This document shows, piece after piece, positions 1-11,949 of a DNA stretch of 64,000 nucleotides; position 1 is the stretch's first letter; the number at the start of each line of letters is the position of its first letter. Source of the stretch: Geosiphon pyriformis uo1 (Eukaryota > Fungi > Glomeromycota); contig JAAOMT010000681.1 of assembly GCA_016748015.1 (NCBI GenBank), positions 9,605-73,604 on the forward strand, read 5' to 3'. Position numbers and translations under genes: made by a program. The notes beneath the pieces were generated by a model. The model was not told the origin of the DNA. It made no database searches and was given only the letters and a program-made list of their open reading frames with translations.

Positions 1-38
1 AACATTAACGTATAAATCTGTGTTAAAATGTACAATAC

Positions 39-467
39 CGCTGCGTGGTCTTTTTGGAGGACGCTCGAGTTCTGCAAGTGAAACAACATTCAAGAAGGTT
101 GAAGTTGCGAGTGCAACACTCATGAGTCAGTCATTACCCAGTCATAAACTCTGTCCCCAACCTTCAAGTCACAAGTCACAAAGTCGTTACCTATCTTAGT
201 TATTTCCATCAAAGAATTTTGTAGTTTTTGCACCTGCGCCTTCCACTCATCCTTCTCTATCTCCAGTTTTTTCTTCACTTCTTCTAGCCTCTTCAATAAG
301 TCCTTCTCCTTTTCGGTGAGCTCTTCTTCTTCATACAGCTTGTCCTCCAACACCTTTAGTTTCTGCCCACGTTTCCCCTCTTCAAAATTCTTCAATGCAG
401 CCTTTGCTTCATTCAGCTGCTCCTTCGCATCTTTCAACTCGTTCTCAATTTTTTCGACAGTCGCCAT
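39..467 (-). CDS. Host gene, 5' part (continues past window start): N-terminal coiled-coil exon 467-191, intron 190-72, 33-nt exon 71-39 (ELERPPKRPRS), next intron from 38
   Basis: E/K-rich heptad ORF starting at ATG 467. Donor AG|GTAACG at 190, acceptor cttgCAG at 72, then an in-frame phase-1/phase-1 micro-exon with basic PPKRPR, then donor G|GTATTG at 38. Higher GC and retained CpG, unlike the repeats. Confidence 0.75.
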
Positions 468-761
468 TTTTTAGTTTGTGTGGGAGGACGTGATGCTAAT
501 ATACTAATGCTGATCAGTGGCTTAATCAATGATGTACGGTATCAGGAACATTCTAGACCTTTTCCATTTTATGTAGCGTGACCAATGATAAAAAACTCGC
601 GATTGTCCAAGTTTTTATTATAAGGACACAATAAATATTGCTAATTGTTTAAAATTAAACAAGCACTCTAAAGACATCAAATATTGCACCACCGCTGAAA
701 TTCTCGACAAAGTATATTGGAGGGGTTGTTATTTTATTAATAAAATAATAAACCACATGAT

Positions 762-792
762 ACTATATAATAAATCATGTGCGTTGCACGTT
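762..792 (-). mobile_element. Possible Helitron-type 3' terminus (hairpin + near-CTAG)
   Basis: Minus strand reads CGTGCAACGCACA (hairpin), 11 nt, then ATAG|T. This matches the canonical Helitron hairpin-spacer-CTAG|T geometry with one mismatch. No 5' end or Rep/Hel found. Confidence 0.3.
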
Positions 793-3334
793 CACATAAT
801 CTATTAGGAAACAATTTTAAATTACTTTATTTTAAGAGGCTCCCAGGCTTTCCCTTTTCTATATAAGAGTGCCGCTTGCCTTATAACTCTGTTCTTCCCA
901 CAATATTCTTTGGCATTTCAGAACGCATTTTTTTTTAAAAAAAAGCAAAAAAGAAATGTTTGTTGGTTTAAAGTGTTTTTTAATTAAAAACCCGTTGTTT
1001 CCATTGAAAGTGCATTTTGTATTAAAAATCTTTTTAGTAAATACTGTTTTAAATGCTGAAAATTCACTCTATTTACTATTGGTTTCTATTTAAAGTATTT
1101 ACAGAAAAAATTTAACTACATAATAAATTTCTAAAATATTTTTTAAAAAAAAATACATTAGTTTATAGATTTTATTATAGACTATTTAATAATGTATTTT
1201 TTATTATTATTATATTTTTATTTATAAAGCCTTTATATTCTAAAGTATTTGATGTTTTTAAAATGTTTATACTAAATAACATAACCTGTAATAGTCAACT
1301 ACACAATACAAAAACATCAATAAAGACTTAAGTTTATAAACAAAATTTACTTGTCAAAGTAACCAAAAAATAAATTATACTTATTAATAGCTTTGGATTT
1401 ATGTATTTTCTTCTTATGTAATTATTTTGGTGTTTTACTATTATTATATTTTTAAATTTGTGCTTACAAAAAAAATTAAATATTTGATTTAATATTATTT
1501 TATTTAAATTAGAATTTTTATAATTGTTTAGCATGATAAAAACTTATAAATTATAACTTTGCTTATATTAAAATATAATATTATTTAATTATGATAACAT
1601 TTTAAATATACTAAAACAATAAACAAAAAACATTTAAAAATAAATTTTTTTATTAAATTTAATATGTAGTTTAACTATTAATTTAACAATTTAAGTCATA
1701 TTATAAGATCTTAAATTAATTATTATTTATATATTTTTTATATATAATCAGACATAAATCTAGTTTAGAATTAATTTATATTAAAACTACAAAAAAAAAT
1801 TTATTTTATAAAGACATTTTACTTAAAATAATAACCAATATACTACTATTTTTAACAATACTACTTAATTATTTAACAATTATATTTATATTAAATTTAA
1901 TATTACCTAATTAATATTTTCAAAAAAAATTTTATCTAATATAAAATTTATTATTAATTAAACTATTATTATACTTATTTTATTATAATTATATTCAATT
2001 TTAATTATTATTATATTAAAAAAAACCAATTTACAGTTTTATTAAAAGGATAAATCTAGTTATAACAATCTGTTACATAAAACAACTTCGAAAATAGCTT
2101 TAATTAGGATTGAAAATTTTATTAAATTTTAAAAAAATAACATATAATATTAATGTGTATTATTTATTTTATTGGACAAATTAAAGTTGAATTATTAATT
2201 TCACTAGAAATAAATAAATAATTAACTAAATTTTATTTAATTTTGACATCTTATATTATTGTATTCTAAAAGACCATATTTACTACAAGTGTATTTTATA
2301 TATGGTTTTTCTTTTTTTTAGTAGTAAATTTATAATGTTTGGTTTTTGGACATCTTTTATATTATAATATTAATAGATTTTTAACTTGTTCAAGCTTATT
2401 TTTTTTATTGGCATTATTAATTTGATTGTTTTTTAAAACTTGGTCTTGATTTTAAAGTATAAACACTATTTTTTTATATTGGCCAATAAATTATCTTAAT
2501 TATATTATTATCTAACTATAATTGTTATGTTCAATAATAAGCTAAACAGTCTGTTATATAAGTTTTTATACTTTACTATATTTTTGTTTTTTTTGTGTTG
2601 CAAAATATAAAACATTAATAATAGTCTTAAGTATAATTAAAGAATTTGGGATTACTATTTTGTTAAAAAAAATTTTTGTAGTTTTTTGATTCATAAAGCA
2701 AAAAACTTTAGTGATTAAATTATTGTTTTTTTTTATTAGTATATTATTATAAAGATATTATTTAAATGTAAAATTCCATAATTTTTGAATATAGCATTAT
2801 TTGAAAATAATGGTAACAAACAATACCATAAAATATACTAGATAAACATAAACAAAAATAAAAAACAGAATTAACAATTATAATAAAATATAAATGCTTG
2901 CTGTTTTTTGGTTATAAATCTGTGATCTTTCATATTTTTTTGATGTTTTTTTTATTGACTTTAGCAACCATTAATTTCAATAAAATTTGTTTTATGTTAT
3001 ACAAATTCTTAATAAAATTACTTATTATATTAGAACTAAAATTCTAAATATCAAAATATTGTTAGATAAATAATTTGAAAAAGTATATTAAAAAATAAAT
3101 TCTCTTACTTCATCATAAGTATTAATATTTAATAATAATTAATTTATAATAAAGTTAAGTATTGTGCTATTTTTAAATGTTATATAGATAAAATATGAAG
3201 TGTAAGATATTGAATTATTTGTTTGTTAACTTTAAGAAAAAAATAATAGTTAATTGATATAATTTTTATATATAATAAAAGTATATAATATTTAAAAAAA
3301 CGATTTTATTTTGTCTTACTTTTAAGTTTTGTAT

Positions 3335-4294
3335 TGTTACCAATAAAATTTTAGCTATTAACTAACATAAAATTACTCTTATAATTTCTATTAATAATTA
3401 GCATATTATTATTGTTTCAAATTATTACTTATTTATTTAATCAAATTATCAAATATCACTATTTAATTAATAATCTAATTTATATTATAGAAATTAAGAT
3501 AATCAAATTACATAATATCTTAAACCACTTAACATTCAAGAATTTACCAAAATTTGTAGAAATTTGCTAAAATAATAAATAATTCTCCAAAATAGTTAAT
3601 AGTTTATTAAAATAATTTGTAATTTGCCAAAATATATCTTTAGTTTATCAAAATTATAGCAAAAAAGAAAGTTCAAGATTAAAAACTAGTACTATAATAA
3701 ATTGTATAAAAAAAAAGCTTTTCTCTTCAGAAAAATATATCTTATTATAGATATTTTACTTCAGATTTATATTTATTAAAAAAAATAAAATAAAATTATT
3801 TAAAAAACTAATTTTTTAATTATTTCTACTTAAAACTCTCCAAATTCAACTAATGCTTTAAAATTGATTAACTATCAATTTCAATAATCTGTTAATGACT
3901 CCAGACTTAAATAAAAACCGATTTTTTTAACAACATTTCATTTTTTTACATGTTTTTTATTTTTATTTTTTTTTCTTTATATAATCATTTGGATAGCTTA
4001 CAGATAAGATTCCTATAGAAAAGTTGACTTTTACAACAAAGTAATTACACATTATTAGTAAACTTCCAGACAAGCAATTTTTGGAAAAGAGTTAACATTT
4101 ACTATAACATAATCACATAAAGTAACTGGCATAAAATTGGCCATTCTATTTATAAATCCAGTAGTTCAAATTATAGAAAATAATTTGAAGATAAATTCAG
4201 TTATTGAAGATTTACTAGCTTTCAGAAAATGTAAATTCACAACAAACAGGTATTAATAACATTTAAGAAAAGAGACCAAAAACCTCCAGTAATA
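3335..4294 (+). mobile_element. Solo LTR of the Ty3/gypsy family found at 62040-63021
   Basis: Aligns by eye over its length with the reverse complement of 62040-63021. Starts TGTTACC, ends CCAGTAATA (vs CCGGTAACA). Flanked by a 4-bp TSD GTAT/GCAT with one transition. Confidence 0.85.
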
Positions 4295-5084
4295 GCATCT
4301 AATATATTAGTAAAATAATACAAACTGCCATTTACTAAAAACATATATTTAATAATATTGTTATAACTTTTAACATAAAAAATAGTTTAAGTTTTTACAG
4401 TAAATATTTTTGAAGTAAATACATAAGTCTATGTTTATTAGCTGAAATAAAGAGCTTTTATTAGATAATCTTTATTATTAATATATGTTTTAGTAAGTTG
4501 TAATTATTATTCATAAAAATTTTTTTTACATAAACTATTATGACATAAAAAAAATTATAAACAAAGCTTTTATATTAATTATAAAGTTTTAATTTAAAAT
4601 TTTTGGTATGTTTTTATCAATGTAAAAAATACAATAAATTTGGTAATTTGTTTTATATACTTGAACAACTGCTGTATTTACTGCAAGATTAGCATTAGTA
4701 ATAAACACTAATGGTTTTGTTATTATTGCTTTTTTTATGTACTTTAAAATTTATTTATATAATTTGGCAGTTTTATCTAATACAAAAGCTTGTGTAATAA
4801 AATGAGATCTTGTATTATTGTATATAATAAGAAAAAAACAAAGTAATATTTAATAGTAGTTGGTTTTTACTGTATTGTTATTTAAAACAACATTATAGTA
4901 CTCTAACCAAAAAACAACTTGTATAAAAAACATTTAAAATATACAATGAACTCTTTTTATAATCACACTTTTTAGTCAGCACATTTGTGGTAACTATAGA
5001 AAGATAGGACTATAAAAAATGATTAATATTTTATCACATAATCTATATCTTACATGTATAATATAATAACCAATTATATATATT

Positions 5085-6642
5085 TTATTTAAAAAAGCTA
5101 TCTATTTGCAACTGTTTTTTTTCTTCTTAAACTTTGAGAACAGTATTACAAATTAATGTTCTCAAAGTTTTAAAAAAGTCTGAATCAACTTTTTCACTAT
5201 ACTGTTCTTCACAATAGTACAATGTATCTTCAAGTGCAATTTTATCTTGATGTATAGATAACAAAGACAAAGGTTTATTTTCATTTTCACTTTCTAAATC
5301 TTCATTTGCATTAGAATTTCCATTATACTTGTTGTTAATAAGATCCACAATTTTATCCTCTGAGGCATAAGTAAATAATGATTTAAACTTGTCAATATTA
5401 ATAAAATCTATTGCCAATAGCTTATCAATATCAACATGCTCAATAAGAACTTGTATTTTTTGTAAAAGTTCTTGTTTAATATCTAATAGATGGACTGACA
5501 TTTGACTATTATTCAAAATTTCCGTATGATGCCAACAGTTTGGATTGTAGTTGTTGTTACTGCTGACCACGCATCAATTAGAAAGTTAACTGTATTCTTT
5601 AATGTTACTGTTAATATTAGAATCTTGTCATCATACTAATTAATAAGATGGAAAAGAAACAACTTTCAGTATTATGCCTTAAAGAATGCAATAATTTCTG
5701 CGTCTAATGGTTGCAAATAGGATGTTGTATTGGATGATAGGTATCTAATTATAATATTAGATAATACAGAAGATTCTTTACCATAGGGACCAACATTATT
5801 AAACAATAGCAAAATCTTTTTTTTCTTGTGAAGCATTTCTTTATTTAATAAATTAAGCCATTTATTAAAAATATTGGTTCACATCCATGTTTTTGTATTG
5901 TAACAATAAGTGATTGGATGTGCATTCATATTAATATTCTAAAAACATTGTAGCTTTGCAGCTTTGCCGATAATTAAAGGCTGCAACTTGATGCTGTCTA
6001 TTGTATTACAAGCAAGAAGTATGGTAATTAACTCTTATTACACTTGGTGCCAAAGATAGATCTTGTTGCCGAAGTTGCATTTGGTGGCATTCTAAAGAAT
6101 AATGCTGTTTCATTGGCATTGTAAACATCATTTAGATCATATTCACTGATAATCTCATGCAGTTTCTCTTATTTTTCTGGTAAATTTTCCAAGAGGGCAC
6201 TGTTTGCTTCATCATGTATCTTAATGTGGTGCAAATTATGACGTTTTTTAAACTTTTCTAACCAACTATCTGATGCTTTAAAGTTATTTTCTTCTGAAAA
6301 CTTTTCAGCAAACTTGAGGGCTTTCATTTGTAAAATTTTTCCAGTAAGAATGCAGTTAGTAGCTAGTGCTCCAAGCATCCATTTTCCCAGTGCATTATTT
6401 ATCTTTGAAAACATCTCTTTCTTGTCCTTTGTCAATTAACCAGAGTTGTTAGATATATTCTTTTCAATCCATTAGTCTGATTTTGTGAGTATCTTTGTTA
6501 TAGTGAAGTGGTCAACTTTTAGATTAAATATTTTGATAAATCTATTTGCTAAGTAGTCAGGATGCTCTAGTTTGTACTGGCAGAAAGCCTTTTTAGTCTC
6601 CAAGGAGATTACTGCTTGCTTTTGGTTCACGTTTTTTGGCAT
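5085..6642 (-). pseudogene. pogo/Tigger transposase pseudogene (HTH, CENP-B-type HTH, DDE_1, C-terminal QxxIxxFF motif)
   Basis: FKASDSWLEKFKKRHNL, VYNANETALFFRMPPN, ITILLACN, LQPLIIGKA, NTTSYLQPLDAEII, and C-terminal KQLQIDSFFK*. Multiple stops and frameshifts. Confidence 0.9.
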
Positions 6643-6999
6643 GTTAATAAGAATACACTTTTTATTGCATTTTGCTTTTATAATACATTGATGTATCTAT
6701 TATGTCTTAAACATCATTTTGCCTTATATTTAATCAAATATGTAAGATGTTTTATGTCATATGAGGTGCCTCAAATTATAAAAAGCAGCCAAATTATAAA
6801 AATGAAAGTTTTAATCTAACTGTAGGATTCTAAGTGCAAATGACAGATTCTTGGTAAAAAGAAACCTAATTTTGATAATGCATCTGTGACACTTTTTGCC
6901 TCTTACTCCCAACTGATAATCAATAATGAAGGCTGTCAATTTGATCCTCTATATACTTGTATAATTGCATAAAAGATAGCACAATGTCATGTTGTCAAG

Positions 7000-8090
7000 C
7001 CCTCCAAATACAGCAACGCCTATATTAATTAGAATATTGATATAAAATACTTTGCACAATGTCAAAGATATCAGAGTGAAAGTCAACTGCAATTTTTTAA
7101 AAAATGTTCTGATCATCATAAGTCATGGGATTCGATATGTAATATATATAGACATGCAATGGCTTCCAAATTAATGTGGCTATATGTTGTTTCTAAGAAA
7201 AATCCATCTGTTGAAGGTTACTTAGAATGGGCCCAAAATGAAACAGATCTCACATTCAGGTTAAAGTATGAACAAGTCTTTTTTTATTTACAAGCAATTA
7301 TTAATTTTTGCACTGGAATTTGTTTCAATAGGTTTTCATTAAGACTCATGACTAGATGAATGTTTGTACCAATTTGGTTTGCTTGGTGCCATCTTATTTA
7401 TCAATTAATTGAAATTGCTAATGAAGAACAATGGCTACAATTGAAGCCTAAAGTTTGCAAGCTGATTCAAAAAAAAATTGTAATTTCTTGATCTAAACTT
7501 TCAAATTAACATCAAGGCCATGATGCAATACTTAAAGAAATTAACAAAATGCTTAAATTGTTGATTCCTTCTACACTTTTACAATGGTATTGGGAAATTG
7601 TAGCACATAACTGTATCAAATTTGAGAGATTGCATACTAATCTTTTTAATGTCATCGGATATTTTAAAAGTAAAATATACAGGTCTTGTATACATCTTAG
7701 CTTTATTGCTGAATCAAATTGATTTTGAATTCAGATAAAAAAGACACAGTTTGTAAATCCAAATGTCTTTAATCATGTTTTTTGTAATATTGGCCATAAA
7801 TAGATATTAAGCAAAGAAATAAAAAAATTCAGTAAAATTGCATGGATAAAAAAAATAGACTTTTTTAAAGCAAGGCGAATTAAGAAAATATTGTTAGGTA
7901 CTTAAAAACCAATTTCAGTAATAAGTAAAGAAGCAGATCATCAAAAAATATAAATCTGTTAATAAAATTACAACTATTACCTATTATTAACTCTCTAATA
8001 CCTCTTTTAAGTGATTATGTTTTCAAAGCTTATCAAGTTAATCATGTAACAGTCTAATAAATATTCTTCAAGAAGTTAGAAATATATTGT
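7000..8090 (+). pseudogene. Degenerate coding segment inside the pogo element; transposase-like (D-x3-E-x2-N motif reminiscent of Academ/DUF6589-type enzymes)
   Basis: Long interrupted frame: CSDHHKSWDSICNIYRHAMASKLMW...FFYLQAIINF...HLIYQLIE...HQGHDAILKEINKMLK. Family assignment rests on motif resemblance only. Confidence 0.4.
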
Positions 8091-8149
8091 ATTATGTATA
8101 GTTTTGTTTATCTTGAGTTGGGTGTATTACTATTTATAATTGGCATTTT

Positions 8150-8960
8150 TAAAACATGATATGTTAAGTCTAGGTCCAAATTTCTATTCTGCATAATTAT
8201 ATTTGGATTATGAAAAGCATTCAACACGGATTTATTTGCCCCAAAAAAGTTGATTTTTAATACATCTTTAAAACTATTAGTTAAACTTTCACTTGCTAAT
8301 ACTAAATATTGGTTGAATAATGAATATGATTGCTAGTATGGAGCCTTTTTTTAATTACAGATGTCAAAGTTGGTGTAAAAATGTATTTATTGAGTATATA
8401 TCGAAATTTTCATGTTCTGAGTTTTATTACTGATCACATTTTTCTTCCTAAGGAAAGATAAATTTGAACTTCATTCTCAGTTGATTTACTTGAGCAATGT
8501 CTCATTAACAAACTTGTTCCTGAAGGATCCCATTGGGCCATTATTCTTACTTGTAGGTCTGTTAATTTCTTCTCCCAATATGGAGAAAAAGTAATCTTAT
8601 TAGCCAAAGTTTAATCCAGAGTAACTTTATTAATACTCACAATAACAGTCTCCAAAGCACTACTAGTCTTTGAAGCACTACTAGTCTCCAAAGCACCAAG
8701 AGCAGCAGTACTGTATCATATGTCAACTATTATTAAAACTCTCATAATATCTGCAAACAACAAGTCAGGTATAATAGTTCTGTCATTGTTTTTTGATGGC
8801 AGTGGCGGCTTATAAAGAAGAGTAATTAAATATTGTAATATTTGAGAAATTTTGTTTAATGTTCTACAATCATTTTCAGAAACTTCTTTAATTTTTTTTA
8901 CTACCATAAAAAGAATGATTTCTATTGACAAATCAGGAAATCTCCCTAACTGTACATGTC
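8150..8960 (-). pseudogene. Second degenerate coding segment of unknown function inside the pogo element
   Basis: ORF 8931-8716 continues in frame past a TGA (YSTAALGALETSSASKTSSALET...PYWEKKLTDLQVRIMAQWDPSG). Contains an 18-bp x3 in-frame repeat at 8648-8700. GC is higher than the flanks. Confidence 0.35.
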
Positions 8961-11949
8961 TGATTAAATATGCGATAATATCTGATGTTCATATCTAATA
9001 TCATATGATTATAATGTGACTATAGAGAGTGAAAATTACTTATATTCTGCTATCATATTTGTGGGAATAGGGACTATAAGGAGATATATATAGTAAAAGT
9101 GACTATAAGAAGATAATATTATATATAAATGGTTTTGGTTTTTAAAAAAATGTGATTATAAGAAGATAGTGACTATAACCAGAGAAACTATAAAGAGAGT
9201 TTACTATACAGATAAGCCAATTTTTATTAATTTTAAACTTTATAACTTATTTAAAATCATTTAATTTGTAATTTATAAGAGTTGTCAACAAATAAAAAAT
9301 ATTATGGTTTTTATTATTATAAACTTTAAATCTTTGTATTATATTTATAGGGTCACAATCAAGAATAAATACTATTAAAAATTTTATTTTTAATAATTTT
9401 CTTTGGGTAATAATTAATAGATTTGCATATTTTGTGAAAAATCAGATTTTTTAAAAAATGTTATCTGAAATTTTTTAATATATTAAAACATATTTTCTAG
9501 TATTAGAATATAATAAATATTTGTATATATTGTCAAAAGTGATAAAAGTTATTTTGTGTGAGTTTTTGGTACAGTTAATATGGGTATATTAACTATATTC
9601 TTGATATTTTGATTTGGTATTCTGATAATTTTAAATGTTGAATTTTTTTTTGGTTTATATTGGCTACTAAATTTGTATTCAAAAGTGTAATATTTAATGC
9701 TATTGTTTAGATATTGTTCTAATTTCTTTTAAATAACTCCAAATTTTTGTTGTTTATTATAAATTTTTATAATTATATCAATATTTTCTCATGTTTCAAA
9801 AGCATAACCAGTACAAAGTTTTATAATTAAATAAATATAAAAAAATCTGATGCTAAATATAATTAAAATTATAACCAAAAATTTTATTTTTATTTATAAG
9901 TATTTGGTTATTTAATTAGAATAAGTCTTTATTGATGTAATTTTGAAGTTAATTAACCAGTTTTACATTAGAAATAAATATTAAATTAAGATAGAAATAA
10001 CTTTAATTTTTTAACGCATAGTTTTTTATTAGACATATATATATTTTTTTCTAAAGACAAACTGATTATTTCTTTTTGCTTTGTGTTTACATTAAAATAT
10101 AAATCTTAATATAATATATAATATATAAAATATTACATTTAAAATTGCTAATATATTATTAATTATAGTATTAATTGATATATTCAAATAAATATTATTT
10201 AAAATAGTTTAAAAAATTAAACTTTACATAATTTGTTGTCTTTAATACTTTAAAATCTATAGTTCATATCCGGTACACAAATTTTTATGCTTAGATTTAT
10301 AATAAACAAGTTTTTCTTGTGACTTAAATACTGTTTGAAACAAAAAAACTTTTTATTATACAAGAATAAAAGCAGTTACACCAAAAATTTTGATGTATTT
10401 TTATATTACAATATATAAATAATACATGTCAAATTCAAAAATCATGTGATATAATATATGTGATTTATTTTTAATCAATTAAAATAATTAATATTACATA
10501 ATTTAAAACAAATTGAAACATTAATTATTGCATCATATATAATATAGTGATCGATGAAACAAATAAAGTTATGTGTCATAATATTATAAATTTTTTTTTA
10601 TAACAGGTTGTTACAAATTTAATAATTCTTATTAAAAACAAATATTTTTTTTTAAATGCCAAGAATTATGTCTTTAAGTTTTATATACAAAACAATAAAA
10701 ATATTTTAAAAAATAATAATCAAAGTAATTAAAAAGCCAATAAACTTAATAATAAATTTAATCAAAATTACTAAATTTAAAATCTAAAATTTCAAAAAGT
10801 TTAATTAAATTTGATTGCTAAATTAATAATCAAAATAATCAAAAAAACAGCAAAAAAAAGCTAAAAGAATAAAAATCTTAACATAAAATTTTTTATCAAT
10901 AAAAATAATACAAAAAACTAAAACTAACAACAAATTTAATAAATAACTTAAAAAAAAAGATAATAATACTTTATAATCTGTAAATAAATAATTCAAATTT
11001 TAATACTCAAAATATTAATAACATCTAAAAAAAATTTTATTAAATGTAATATTTGTGTAAAATACTGGTTTTTACAATAAGAAAATCTAAAAATTTACAA
11101 AAATCAAATATTACAACAGCAAAGTATCAATTATAATAATTAAAAAAGCAAAAATAAAATATATATAGTTATTAACTTAAAAAATTAAGTATTTAATTTT
11201 AAAAACAGTATAATCAAAAAAAATTAATTAATTTAGTCTTAAAAATATTTTTTAAAGTAATAATTTTTTTTGCTAATATATATAATTAATTATAATTAAA
11301 TAAATAAATAAAAGCTAAAAAATAAAAAATTTAGATCTAATATTATTTTTTCCAAAAAAATTAAGCTTTAATAAAATAAAATTATATAAGAAAAGTTTTA
11401 GAGTTTTTATTTTAAAGTTAATAAAATATAAAAAAATTACAATAATATTAGTTTTAAATTCAAAAAACCAAACTTTTATACAAGTATTTTGGCTTTTTTT
11501 ACAATTATAAAACTTTAAAACCATTTAAATATATAATACTTAAAATTTTTATTTGAATTTCTAAAAGTGTTTTTTTCAAAAGTTTTATATTTTTAAATTT
11601 ATTAGAAAAATAAAGTATTTTAACAATTATGTACTTAAATATATACTTTTCTAATTTACTGCTGATTTTTTGTTTTTTGTGACAGTTTTTTATAGATTAA
11701 TAATAAAATATACTCTAATTTTATCTTTATTTGTTATTTGTTTTTTAATAATAAGTAAAACATTTAAGTAATTTTTGTTCAATATTAATAAATTGTAAAA
11801 AAAATATTTTTTATATTAATTAAAAATATATTTGTTTTGAAATTAGAATAACTTTTCTTATAATTGTTTTAGTGTTTAATTAATAAATATTATGAATATT
11901 ACAATAATTAAAAACCAATCAGAATTTTTGTAATACTTTTAAATTTGTA

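Larger units (their letters stand above)
4944..9206 (-). mobile_element. pogo/Tigger-type (Tc1/mariner superfamily) DNA transposon, ~4.26 kb, with internal cargo
   Basis: TA|CAATGAACTCTTTTTATAAT at left; right end reverse complement TAGTAAACTCTCTTTATAGT, flanked by TA (mismatches are transitions). Subterminal GTGACTATA-like repeats at 4990-5015 and 9015-9195. Transposase relic inside. Confidence 0.75.
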
